A stretch of DNA of 64,000 nucleotides from Amoebidium appalachense (GCA_963693365.1 CAVNZM010000008.1:10104293-10168292); one strand, 5' to 3'. Counted from the stretch's first letter, positions 24,246 to 37,597 are shown. A program made the numbers and translations. The notes: generated from the letters alone by a model not told the origin.

Positions 24246-27131
24246 GGGTTTACGCTGTTTACTCGAGGCAACGAGAGACCAGTCTCAGGTATGGGGGGTT
24301 TTTGCTCGGAATATCCCCTCAACGATATATCATGATCACGTACATAGCTGTCGGGTGATGATTTTTGACACCAAACTGCTTTTCGATTGCTTTATGGCCG
24401 GTCTGATGATGAGAGGCAGCACCCGGCCGCCGTCCCCGCGGCGAGGAAAAGACTGTTTGAGAGAAGCGAAAAACACGACTTTTATAGTCGCTTCTACAGG
24501 AAGAGATGTGTGATGCCGATCATCACACCATCTTCTTCCGATTGGTGGATAAAATGAGTATTTACCAAATATATCATTTTAGACACCAAACTGCTATCTA
24601 CGTCCACTAAGACACAGCCATCTAACATGAACTATTATACATTTACGCTGGCTGGCTGGGGCCCCTCAGCCTGCCCAGGAACCGGGGGTGCCGTCCAGAC
24701 TACGAAATGCTTGCATACGCCACGGCCGCACCCCGCGCGGGAAAATCACCTCAGAGGCGCGCAGAGGCACACTTGCCGAAGCCAACCCCTGAATGACGGG
24801 CCACCACGACGCCGTATCCCACACTGGAACGACGAGGATGCCCGCTGCACCTTCCCGCTGCAGCTTGGGCACCGTTCGCTTGATCAGCGGGAACGGAGGC
24901 GCCCACCAGCTTGGTGCCGTCCACGGCACCGCCAACCCGTCTGCCATCCCACCAGGGGCCCCTGCCTGGGCCCACACATTAAACTCGGCCTTCACTGCCG
25001 AGGTGTGGGTGGCAAACCGATCGACTGAAGTTCGGGCTGCATGCCCAGCAGCCACTCCACCCGCTCAGTGACTGCCTCCGGCGTGACTTGCCATTCATGC
25101 CGGGGGTCCACCCGCGACAGCCAATCTGCTCGGTCGTTGAGCTCACCTGGGATGTAGGCCACTGCTCCTGTGGCCAAGGCAACCCGTGGTCGAGGCACAA
25201 CTTGAACTGCAGAGCTGCCACAGAATGCGCTGCATCGAGGGGCTGCCGCTGCCCTTTTTCCGCATGGCCCCAAGGGCCGCCTGGGCATCGGCTTGCCACT
25301 GCACCCGCTGCCCACGGAGGGCTTCCTGCAGGGCAGGGCTCTGATAGGCCTCCAACAGGCCCTCACACTCCGCAATCGCCGCCGCCCGCGGAGCGTCGTC
25401 GGCTGCCCACCTGCCCGCCGCCTCAAGCGCAGGGGCAGGGAATCCCGCCACTTGAAGCACGGCCCCCCAGCCGTGTGTGGTGGCGGCATCCGTGATGAGT
25501 GTAGCCGTGACCGGGTTGCCAGCCATATCTCCGCCCGAGGCAACCGGCCAATGAACTGGGGCGTCCGACAGATAATCCGTAACTGACGCCCCGAAAGCCG
25601 AACGAAACTGCGCCAATTTCCCCTGCGTAGGGCGGCATACACTGGCCGCACCAACGTCAGCACGTGGGGAGTGGCAGCCCGCAGACTCATGAGTCAGACC
25701 ACCCCCAACCACCGGGCGACTTGCTTCTTTTCCACCCATTGCTTGCCCTTGCGAGCCTTGGCCACCACCCGCTTGGTCTCCTCCACCAGCCTCTCCATAG
25801 AGGTGGCGGTAGGGCCAACACACCCGCGGCAAGGTCGACATGGATGCCTAGATGGTCGAGATGGTCGGTGGGCTCCCACTGGCCCTTCTCCGTATTTCGG
25901 CTCAGGCCCGTTGCCTCGAGCTCCCCCTCAACAACACCGCGAGTTTGCAGCGCCTTTAGCGGCCGTTCGACGACCAACCAGTCGTCCAAGAACGCTAACG
26001 TGCGCACACCGCGCCGGTGAAGACGACGACCCAACTCCTTCATGAGCCGCGTGAAGTGGTATGGGCTGAGGGAATAGCCGAAAGGCAGCACAGTGTACTG
26101 ATACAGCTGGCCGCCAACCCGAATCTGAAAATATTTACGCCACCGTGGCGCAATTGCCAGCGCAAAGTAGCCGTCCTCCAGGTCGAAACTGAAGCCGTGC
26201 CCGGTCACCTGGCTGAGCAGTGACCTGCAGGTCACTGAGCGTCTCGTACTTGAGGCCCCGCTGTACGGCATACTCATTCACTGGGCGCATGTCGATTATC
26301 AGCCGCACTTTACCGTTTGGTTTCCGCACCCCAAACGTGGTCAACACGCAATTCTTCCTGGACTCGTCGATGGGTTCAAGTGCGCCCTTACCCACTAAAC
26401 GCGCAACTTCCACCAACGCCTCCTCCTCCGAAACTTCGCCCAAGTCTAGGTACCTCCCCATGTCGTGGGGAGGTGGCAGCCCAGCGCACCATTCGGGTGT
26501 GATGCCATACTTAATCCAGAAGAGCCACGTCCTTGGCTGCTCCACCGCGCGCCCACTCATCGTGGCACGCACGCACCCGTTGATAGAGCGGTGCAGGTGC
26601 TACCCCGCCCACTGGCTTACTGGGAGCACACATAACCGGCCGCCCCTGCACAGACCACTGCTGCCGGGGCCCACACTAGGACTAGAGAGCAGCACACGTT
26701 GCTGCTGTACATGCTCACGCGAGCAGCCCACACGGGCTAACGTTGCCAGACGTGCCTAGGTGCTTATAGCTACACAAACAACCCCAAAACACAACCCCAC
26801 TTGGGTTTTGCAAAAACTCATGAGCGCATCCCGTCTCAATGATCTGCGGTTCCTGGGCCTATTATTACAGCTAAAGTCTAGGGACCTACACGACTGACAG
26901 TATAGCGCTCACTGCGCTCAAGAGCTTTGGTCTTGGTCACTAGACCGGCCTCACTAACGTGCGCTTCTCGCGGCGAGAAAAAGACTGTTTGAGAGAAGCT
27001 AAAAACACGACTTTTATAGTCGCTAATACAGGAAGAGATGTGTGATGCCGATCATCACACCATCTTCTTCCGATTGGTGGATAAAATGAGTATTTACCAC
27101 ATATATCATTACATATAAACAGCGTAAACCC
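24246..27131 (-). mobile_element. DIRS/Ngaro-like retroelement with split direct repeats; RT-RNaseH-adenine methyltransferase only
   Basis: ~140-bp direct repeat A (24437-24578, 26969-27110); short repeat B GACACCAAACTGCT (~24367, ~24582); perfect 16-bp inverted repeat at 24246-24261 / 27116-27131; internal DIRS-type pol. Confidence 0.85.
24666..26620 (-). pseudogene. Frameshifted DIRS-type pol: reverse transcriptase, RNase H, Dam-like MT domain
   Basis: WIKYG, KVRLIIDMRPVN, DLEDGYF, VLPFGYSLSPYHF, AFLDD, HLGIHVD (RT); ITDAATTHGWGAVL…ECEG…QAD…YIPGELNDRADWLSR (RH); VDRFAT…DGLAVPW…WAPPFPLI…ILVVPVW (DIRS1 MT). Several frame switches. Confidence 0.88.
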
Positions 27132-27272
27132 CCGATTATATATCTGACAGGGTTTACTTTCTCGACGAGACACCATGAAGACTAAGAAAAATCAACTAGT
27201 TGGGGTTCCCCGTTTTTTTTTTTTTTTTTTTTTTTTTTTCCGGGCTCCCCTGGGACACTCGGTATCAGCTGG

Positions 27273-27351
<79 letters not shown>

Positions 27352-27353
<2 letters not shown>

Positions 27354-28680
27354 AGAATTTTGTAATGATGTGTTTCTCAAGCCAATCAATACATCTAATA
27401 AACAGATCGTAGTTTTGCGCGTTTAGTATAAAATCAAGGATGTTGTAATTTTCAGGTAGGCTATCTTTCTGGGTGTCTGTTGTGAATGTGACGTGTCTGT
27501 GTTGCGGTATTATGTGGTCTATCAAACTACATATTTGGCGATACATGGCCGTTTAAACTTTGAACTGGTGTGTGTGTGTGTGTGTTGTTTGGGCACGCAA
27601 ACGATGTCACCTTATACATATTAGATCTCCACTGTATAGCATGTGTACAGTAAAAGCGTGGTATGTGATCAATAATACCATCAGCTAGAGAAATACCAAT
27701 TCTATAGGAAGGTAATATGTATTTAGGTGTTACACATTTGCGAGTGCCATAGTATTTGGCAATATGGTTAAGGCGGTCATTATATATAAAACGAGACGTA
27801 AGGCTTAGTTTTTCAAGGTGTATGCTTTCATCGGGTCTGGTGTCGTGTGGTATCTTTTTCCATTTGTTATATTGCGTAATTACCTTGTGATTGTGTACAT
27901 GTCTAATAAGTAAGTACAGGCAGTCCAAAGTCACACGCACACTTTTGCGGGGTTTATCTGTATTTGTGCCCGGGGGAAAAGGAGAGAGAGAGGGAAGGAA
28001 AGAGGGGAGAGGTGAGGAGGGGGCAGGTCTGATAGAGAAGAGAGGGTGGGAGGGCAAATACTTCTTTAAGCGGCTTATGTGCTTATTGAATTTCAGTGCG
28101 AGATGGGATACTCTAGCAGCTATTGGGACCAGACTCTGCATATATCGAGAGCGTTACAGGCCCAGGTTTACAACAGTTGTTAAATAGAAAGGAGGCAACT
28201 TCTGCTTCAAGGAAATTTGCCAAGGGTTTAAGCGCTCTAGTTCTCTCTTTCTTGATCCAAGCGGCAAGAACTGGGTAAACCATATTCACATGGCGTGAAG
28301 ACAAAAGTGCGAATAAATGTAAGTCTAATAGAAGGATGGAGGGGTGTGTCTTTAAAAATATTAGCCGAGAAGAAAGCTAGCCGCTTACGAGCCAGCTCTA
28401 CCCTCTTTTTGACCATATGGGAAAACATAACACCAACATAATTAACCGGAATACCAAGATGTTTGTATTCTGGAACCATAGGTACATGTTTCGATGATAA
28501 CTTGAATGTACTACATGTGTGTAAATTGTTAGCTATATCAGGTACAAGAACACCACATTTGTCTATGTTAAGGATCATAAGGTTTGCCTTGCACCACTCT
28601 GACACTACAGCGAACAATCTTTGCAGGCGTCTATGTGGGGGTACGGACAAGGAGGGACAGATCATCAGCATAGACTCTGA
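27352..28680 (-). mobile_element. 5'-truncated non-LTR retrotransposon (LINE) RT remnant
   Basis: VYADDL at ~28660-28677, then LQRLFAVVSEWCKANLMILNIDKCGVL, YKHLGIP, FIRTFV..P.EYG, QWRSN…CP and terminal LPENYNILDFILN; frameshifted. Confidence 0.85.
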
Positions 28681-28729
28681 AGTGCAGGCGGACCCTCATT
28701 TTCGGCATAAATCTTGCACGATGACTAAT

Positions 28730-29920
28730 CTAAGATCTCGATTCTCGAAGTGACCGAGTCGGTTCACCGGGTTCTTTGAAGCGAATCGAATCGAATCGTT
28801 TAGGGCCTAGCCAAAATCAGTGACTGCGCATGCATCACTGCTGGTGACTTTTTCTGTCAAACTCCTGTTTTTTTTGGTAGAGAAAATAAGTTTTGTGCTT
28901 TGTGCTATGAGCACTTTGAGTATGTAGCTCCAATAATTTCATATGACAAACCTTAACAAATTCAAAAGTGCACAAACCGGTTCGCAGTTGTGTGAACCGC
29001 CGAGTCCCTTGCTCAGACCAAGTTTCAATTGCAATTCCAATGTAGTTCTACTTTACGTGACGTCACATTTTTTGTAGAGCTTTGTCTCCCCTAGTTATGT
29101 ACATAACAAAAAGTCTAAGAACTAAAAAAAACGTCTACATTGGAAGACTATCGTAGATGCTGGGCGATAAGGGCAGCGTGCACGCATTTTGATTGGCCGA
29201 TTGCCTGCGTTTACGTCAGCATTTGGGATATTCGGGTTGGTTGTAAGGTTTTCGGGTCGGGCCGAAGGCCCTAACGGGCCGCAGGCCCGCCTATTGGGCC
29301 GCTAGGCCCTTGGCCGCTAGCCCCGGGGCCCCGGGGACCGGGGGGCCCGACCCGGCCCGCGAGCCACCCCCGGCCCGGCCCGGCGGCCCCGGGGTTAGCA
29401 GCGGCAATACAAAATTCTTCCAGACATATGAAACAGAATCAAGCGTCCTAACCAGAGGGGCGAGCCGAGACCGGAGTTTCGGGACGAGTGGCCGAGTTCT
29501 GGGCAGAGGCGAAGCGGAGGCCCAGAACTCGGACACGAGGCCCGAAACGAGGTCGAGGGGAAGCCCCGAGGGTAAGGGGACGCGGTTTGTACGCGAGAAC
29601 TCGCTTAATTCACTGTATTCTTGGTGATTACATTGATAGAAGTAATTAAAAAAACTAAATATGAACATTAAGCATTTTTATACAGTGGTTGGCCAGCCTC
29701 TTTTCGGGCCGCAATATTATGCGAAAACGTTCAATAACTATGTAGATAGACCGGCTGAGAAATGTTTTTTTTCAAATTCTGCCTAACCTTATATGGCTCA
29801 CCGGAACAATTCGAATCTTGTGATTGGTTGCGCCAAAAGTAGGGGCCAAGGTAAGGGCCGCTCAGGCGGTGACAGGGCCAAATCTCAGACCGACAGCCTC
29901 TCAAAAACAGTTAGGCCCCG
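28730..29920. mobile_element. Probable hAT-like non-autonomous remnants
   Basis: (CGAAT)n followed by AGGGCCTA at 28782-28809; GGCCC-rich block 29255-29395 with TAGGCCCT/AGGCCCTA octamers; minus-strand SYVWKNF resembles the start of a BED finger. No TSD found. Confidence 0.35.
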
Positions 29921-30368
29921 ATTTTACTTAGAAGGTTTGGTTTTTGTCCATAAGAAAAAGTTTAGGAAATAAAAAGGCGCGCAAAAATGATATAAGCAGT
30001 CGGGATGCTCCGACAACGCCTACATCGCTAAAATCATCAAAACCCGTCTTGCATAGCCTCTTACCACCTTGCCTCGAGGTCGATCGTCTATGATGAAATT
30101 ATGGTTTTTGCCTGTTTTCGCTACGAAATAGGCGCGGACACCCCATGTTGCTTATACAAGAATTGCTTGTCGCTTTGTTTATCAAGCTATTTATTAATGG
30201 AGCAAAACCCATTTTCTATTTGAATTATTGATTTTAAGCATTATAAGCAGGATTTGGTTTATGACCGCCGATCACTCAGCCCTTCATTTCGCCAGTTCGG
30301 CTGGCTGGATCTCCATAGAGCGAAGCAAACACATTGAGATTCTCAATTTGTAAATCTAAATTGGTCTA

Positions 30369-30435
30369 TACCCCAGAACCGGGCTACTAAGGTGAGAAAC
30401 CCGCACGATTACCCTAGTAGCCCGGTTCTGGGGTA
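30369..30435. repeat. Short perfect inverted repeat (hairpin)
   Basis: TACCCCAGAACCGGGCTACTA … TAGTAGCCCGGTTCTGGGGTA (21-bp arms, extendable by 3 of 4 bp). Confidence 0.9.
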
Positions 30436-30667
30436 CCTAGCCACTGAAGTTCAACCCGTACCTCGGAATACTGTAACTCAACCCCCAAGCGTACAAACCC
30501 GTTACCAGGCGTTGCCAAAACAGAGTAACATAGTCAGGTTCTCATAAATATTTCTCCTTTCTGTCTGCCTATAACATAACCTATTTTAAGTGCTTTCCTT
30601 TAATTTATTTTTTTTTTTTAGCAGGATAAGTTCCAGTAAACCTTTGCATTTGGTAGTGCCTGAAAGA

Positions 30668-32562
30668 ATGGCGGATGACGGTGAACATTTCACCACCACT
30701 GAGGAGAATGGGTGGTGCTCGAGGATGGGTAACTCCATGATAGGGTCACTGATAGGTTTTGTGGTGTTCATCGGCTCCCTTGTGGCCATTTTCTGGAACG
30801 AAGGAAATGCAGTGAACAGGGCGAAGGCGCTTGAAGAGGCGCTCAGTCAGTGTACAGATCAAACATGACGTATAATCCGGGCCTAGTCGGAAAGTTAGTG
30901 CACATCACGTGCGATGTGAACCATGTTGACACACTCGAGGATAAGCAGCTTGGTGTGACCTATGCTGGGCTTTCTCTTGCGCGTAAGGTAGAAATGTATC
31001 AGTGGATTGAGGAGTCGAGCTGTCATACGGAAAAAACTTCAACCGGAGGAGAGAGGAGGGTGTGTGATTATTCTTACAGGTAAGGTTACTTGCTCTACGT
31101 TAAAATGCCTGAGTTACCCTCATCACCGTGGTGTGGGAAAGTTTTAGCAAACAAGTATAACAGGTTTGCATTGCTTTTGCTCACCGTGAGTAGATAGTAC
31201 TTACGTTTTGGGTGCGTGCCTGCTGGCAAGAGTGTATGAAACTTGGACTAAAAGATGATGGGTAGATTTAGGGTGAGGGGTTAAACTTGGATTAGATTAG
31301 ATGTTGGGGAAGATGCCCGCCGGGAAGGGGAAGGGGGGGGGGGGTTGGGGGGGGATGGCTGACACAGTTGCAACTGGGGTGAGCTGGGATGCATGTTGGG
31401 CACGTTTGGCACCTCTAAACTGCATTTTTGGATTTCCTCACTTCCATCTCACGCACATTTTACGAAAAAGAGAAAAGATAAAAAAAAAGAAGAAGAAGAA
31501 GAAGAACACAAACATAAGGTCAAACCTCCGCTTAATTATGCCTGATTTGAAGATAGTAACACTGTGTAACATTTCCTTGCAGGTCTGACTGGGTCGACTA
31601 CTACATTGACTCCCACTCATTCCAGAGCCCGTCCAAGACCAACCCCCCCTGGCCTCTCAACTCAAAGAAATTCGTATCGGACAATGTCCAGGTGGGAGAC
31701 TACGTTCTCCGCACGAAATTAATCGATACCATGTACGCCAGACCTCAGGATCTTCTTCTTACCAATCACTCCAGTTACGAACCATCGGAGCAGGTACCGC
31801 CAACCATCATCACGCCCGACAACACTCAGTTGTGCGGCGATGTGCACTATTACACTGGTGATTGCACCACGCCGGTTGTGGGCGACATGGGATTATCATA
31901 CACGGTAACTAACGCGACGATGATAAGCGTCGTTGGGAAAGTTACCACTGATCGCAGTTTCACATCGTGGATATCCTCAAACAGGCACACTGTGGGGCCT
32001 CTCGTAGCCTCCGGTGCCGAAGACAAGGAGAGCATGTTCAATCGTGAACTGCAAGCGCTCATGGCCATAACATGGATCATCCGCTTGGGCGGTCTCCTTG
32101 CTTGTTGGATTGGCTTGCAGATGCTTGCAGGCCCCCTGGCTGTTCTTCCGGATGTGGTTCCATGTGTCGGCCCATGCCTTGGAAACATGGTTGGTGGGGT
32201 TCTGTGCTGTGCGACATTTGGGATTGCTTTGTGCCTTGGGCTCATGGACATGGCCATAGCTTGGCTTTTCTACCGTCCGCTCATCGCCGTTCCGCTATTC
32301 ATCGGATCTGCTGCGGGTCTTTTGTGGTTTTTCTATTTCCGTAGGAGACAGGCAAAGGATCACGAGTCGCAGTACGAACCCATCCCCACGGAGCAGTTGT
32401 CTGGGAGCTATGCCCAGCAGGGCTCCACGGGTTATTCCGGCCAGTATCCTGGGTCTTACAACTATCCGTACCCCCCTGCACAGGGACAGCAGGTGCACAA
32501 TATCCCCTACCCCGAAAAACCCACTCTACCGGCTGCAACTGAACCCTGCTCCTCCTCCCCCT

Positions 32563-32604
<42 letters not shown>

Positions 32605-32774
32605 ACCACCACCACCACCACCACCACCACCACCACCACCACCACCATTCCTGGTGGTCATTGTGTGTGTGTTTTTTGTGTTTTTTTGGACAACTTGGCA
32701 TTGTGTTGTCCGTTGTGAATTTGCCTGTCGCACTCTATATTCCATTCTAACCCAACCCAACCCAATCCAATTCA

Positions 32775-32817
<43 letters not shown>

Positions 32818-33113
32818 TTCCCCACCACCACCCCTCTGCCCACTACCCCCCTGCCCCAGGGCAACTTTACCCTATTCTTTGTTGGCTCTGCTCCGTGGTC
32901 TTATTCTTAATTCTGTTAATTGGTTCTGCTTTACTTTCACATGTTATGCCCTCCTTACATTTAATGGCCCCCCACCCCACCTCCCCCTACCCAAACACGC
33001 GCGCACACACATAGAGAGAGACACGCATACTTGCACACACACTCACTCATTTACAAACACACATGTGGTTGCCTCTGATAAGGGTCTTGTGCAAGTGTCT
33101 TGTGCCTGCCGTC

Positions 33114-33147
<34 letters not shown>

Positions 33148-33507
33148 TTCACGCCCTTTTTTTTTTTTGCCTGTGGGTGTGTATGTGTGTTTTGTCTTCA
33201 CCTCCTTTTCCGACCCTCAAGGGCATACATCCCCCCCCCCCCCCCCCCCCCCCCCTCCCCCTTTCAAAACAATCACCACCACCACCACCACCATATTCTC
33301 CCTCTGCTTGTCGCAGTCATTACTGCTACCATCATCTTTCTTCATGTTACGTTTGTAGTCCTTCCCGTTCTTTCACCATTTTAACCACCCCCCCCCCCCC
33401 CCCCCCCCCCCCAAATCACCACCCCATACTCTTTGTGTGTGCCTTCCAAATCTGTATTGTGTTGTCCGTGATGTGTTTGTACTTTCTTACTCTGTAATGG
33501 ATTCTGA

Positions 33508-33538
<31 letters not shown>

Positions 33539-33825
33539 AACAGCCACCCGCATGGGGCCAGCAGTACCACCCCTCCACCACCCCCTACCCACCCGCCGAT
33601 CCCGGGTATGCCATGCCCCAGCCCACGACCCCATATGACCCCACCAGCACTTATGGAAACCCCCCCGCATATGTTCCCTACAACTAAAATCCCGCATATC
33701 CAAACACCCAGCCGGGATATCCAAGTGGTGGATATGCGCAGCAGTATGGACAGCCGGCGGGTGGGTATAGCCAGCAGCCTTATGGTGCGGCTGGAAATAA
33801 TGGCCCGGGCTATCCTGGGCGGTAA
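30668..33825 (+). CDS. TMEM43: TMEM43 (LUMA) family membrane protein with P/Q/G/Y-rich tail
   Basis: Exons 30668-31079, 31583-32492, 33544-33825; FWNEG.AV, GKLVH, LARKVEMYQWIE, IDSHSF..NP, TWIIRLGG, IAWLFYRPL. One-base frameshifts at ~30858 and ~33567; in-frame TAA at 33685. Confidence 0.88.
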
Positions 33826-34133
33826 ATTTATTCTTTGCAGGGATGGAAATATTGGCATATGAAGCTCAGGCTAGCCATTTTTTTTTTTTTTTTACGGAAC
33901 ATCAATTTAGTAAGGGGTTTGAAGTGTGATTTTTTAAACGGGCACGTGGGTGTTTTCTTGTGTATATATAAGGGGTTTCTTCAAATTTAGCTTGTTAAAC
34001 TCGCCGACACCACACACAACCATACATACACATACACACACACAAACACACATCACGTGCACGCACACACACACACACACGGACACACACACGCACACAC
34101 GCAAAAACAAACACACACACGGACACACACGCA

Positions 34134-34204
<71 letters not shown>

Positions 34205-34728
34205 CACGACGAGCCTTAACACTGCACCTTCTCACTATCATTGTTTAGCACCTCCCAAGAGTTTGACTGGTAGTATATGGTATTAACACACTGCTTGCCC
34301 TTGCACATGCACAACTATGATACCCGTTACTATAGAATTAACGGTAAATATATGCATTGCCAATGTTTTTCCCCCCTATATGGTCAAAGGTGATTTCTCT
34401 TTGTTAAGTCCTTAGGCTTTACATAAGTAGACACATTGGGTATGTATACGCTCACATAATGTTTGTAGAAGTTTGATTTTGGTAGCGTTTGGCATTATGG
34501 GATAGCTATACACATGCACCAACCAATCAACTAAAAATAGTGGGATTCGTAGCCACCGCTGCGATACTCCAAACAAAAACTTGAAATTAGAGAGGACTTC
34601 CTTCACAAACCGGCTGTGTCTGTTATTTTTTATTCTTTTTTTTTTGCATTCAAGCAAAGAATAACTTTCGACATTCGAATAACCTTCTCCCACCCTTCCC
34701 CCTGCGTCCCTTCCCCTTGAAAAAGACA

Positions 34729-34764
<36 letters not shown>

Positions 34765-34807
34765 CCCCCCCCCCCCTCTTCTCACCCCAACACCACAACC
34801 ACCACCA

Positions 34808-34911
<104 letters not shown>

Positions 34912-35054
34912 TCACAGTACCGTCAGTTTAGTTCTCTATGCACCGGTACAGCATTTCACCCCTTTTCCCTCCCAACCCTTCTCTTTATGGCACACACACC
35001 GTGACGATCACTTCTAAACAACCCACCCCCCGGCTCCCCTTCCCCCCTTTCCCC

Positions 35055-35504
<450 letters not shown>

Positions 35505-35540
35505 CCGGGAGGGGAGAGTGAGTGCGAGCGAGGGGGTAGG

Positions 35541-35606
<66 letters not shown>

Positions 35607-36081
35607 CGGGGAGAGAGAGAGAGAGAGGGACGGAGAGCTGAACAGAGAGGTCTGGAGCGCCGTGGGGGATTGGGGGGCTACACACGACATTATCAAGCAT
35701 TTGGATGTTTCTCTGGTAGGGCAGATTAGTGGGGCGTTAAAGAAAAAGAAACGGTGAATCAGGAGCTGTGTACCGCCAGAACTGCAGCATGAAGAAACAC
35801 AACGAATTTGTGGAACAGCAGTGTAGTTTATTTATTGGCCTTGTCGGGCTCAACGTGAGGTTCTGTACACTAATTAAAGTAATTATCACCATGCAGCCAG
35901 CTGCAGGTATGATATATCATTCTATAATATGCACACCATCTCATATCAGTATATTACACACGAAGACAACTATGTATACGGGGAGTTACCGTGAAATCGG
36001 AAGCTAAGTGAAAACAATACACGTCAGAACATTGAATGGTCTGACTTTAAAAGCGGCCTTGCTATTGGTGCATCCATTCAG

Positions 36082-36885
36082 TTACAAGACCCAGGGGCTG
36101 GAGCCGCAGCAGCTGCTCTCGAGGCACTTTGGCACATTCGGGTAGAGGTTGCTGTAGCGCGTGCACTCCTTGCCGGTCTGCAGATACTTGCCCGACGGGC
36201 ACGTCACATCGTTGGCCGCCGCCCAGCAGTCACACCGCCAGTCGTAGTTTGTGCCCGTGGGCGTAGGGTACGCAGAGCATGCGGGGGTGGGGGTCACGGG
36301 GTGGAGTGTGGGGGTGGGCGTGGGGGTCTTTGTGGTGGTGGTGGTTGTCGTCTCCACGAGGGCGCAGCACTGCGCCTTGCTGCACGGCCCAATGCCGTTC
36401 TGCTGCACCTGCGCAGTACCCGTGGTGGTGGGAACATTCTCGAAGCACTCGTAGTCTTCCAGAACGCTCTGCCAGTTGCTGACACGTGGCCAGCCGCACT
36501 GCACGCCCGAGTCCGTCCAGTCGTAGCAGTTGGAGAGCACCTTCACGTATTGCACGCAGCAGTAGTCGCTGCTGCAGGCATCGTCATCGCTTCCATTCTC
36601 GACACATGATTGGCTGGCCACACCGTTTGCACACTTCACACTGTTGTCTTTGGTCCAGGCCGAGCACGTGGTCTCGACCTCTGTGGGGGTGCAGCAGTAC
36701 TCGGTGCCGCACGAGTTTGTGTCGGTGAAGGTGGCGGGGTTGCACATGTGCGTGGTCTGCACGGAGTTGTAGCAGACGGTGCCCGAGTTGTCCACCCACG
36801 TGCTGCACGAGATCAGAGTGCTCTTGGCTGCTGTGTGGGCTGCAAGGGCGGCAAGGGCCGCGGCAATGTGGGTGATGGTCGCCAT
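36082..36885 (-). CDS. Secreted cysteine-rich repeat protein, copy 1
   Basis: Signal peptide MATITHIAAALAALAAHTAA; four repeats of C..W…C…C…C….CC; Thr/Pro linker; single exon, 267 aa, GC3-rich codons. Confidence 0.88.
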   Translation of the reverse strand: MATITHIAAALAALAAHTAAKSTLISCSTWVDNSGTVCYNSVQTTHMCNPATFTDTNSCGTEYCCTPTEVETTCSAWTKDNSVKCANGVASQSCVENGSDDDACSSDYCCVQYVKVLSNCYDWTDSGVQCGWPRVSNWQSVLEDYECFENVPTTTGTAQVQQNGIGPCSKAQCCALVETTTTTTTKTPTPTPTLHPVTPTPACSAYPTPTGTNYDWRCDCWAAANDVTCPSGKYLQTGKECTRYSNLYPNVPKCLESSCCGSSPWVL

Positions 36886-37114
36886 GGTGCCTTGAGTAGA
36901 GCGTGCTCAGGCTGGTGGGCGTGTTGAAGGTATTGTTTATTAATTAAGCTTAAGTGATCGTGTTCCTAGTGTTGCATAATAAGCGCAGGATCTACGGCGT
37001 ATTACAGCGTTGCGTAATAAGCGTATCTTTGCTTCTGATGATTCTGAAGTTGTTGCCGATGATTATTGTTTGTACTCGTAGCGCTGTGGAATGACTGTTC
37101 ATGGTGGGGCAAGG

Positions 37115-37200
37115 TCGGTTGTTTATATACTCCTTGGTTCTTAGCAGTCAACCAATCACATCTCAGAAACAGATTGTCACTTCCTATTGGTTAAATGATC
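37115..37200 (-). promoter_or_regulatory. Promoter of Cys-rich copy 1
   Basis: Minus-strand CCAATAGGAAGTG and GGAGTATATAAACAA, conserved in the copy-2 promoter. Confidence 0.6.
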
Positions 37201-37373
37201 CCGGAATCGATTTCTGGAATCTAGAGCCTGGAGGATGACGAAAACTACACCCCGCGGTTACCATCCCATGTAGGCTGCGTACGCGGACCGCCACGACTGA
37301 TCTACACTGTGATGTCATGGGATGTTAACCGCGGGGTGTACACGGGGACCGGGTACTTACCGCACCAGGAGCA

Positions 37374-37404
<31 letters not shown>

Positions 37405-37444
37405 GTGCTCGCGCGCGCGCGCGTGTGTGTGTGTGTTTTGTGTG

Positions 37445-37597
<153 letters not shown>

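Noticed and set aside
24396-24500. CTGATGA…GAAA as a hammerhead ribozyme in the DIRS terminus
   Set aside because: No stem II directly joining the core motifs and no stem I/III closure found by eye.
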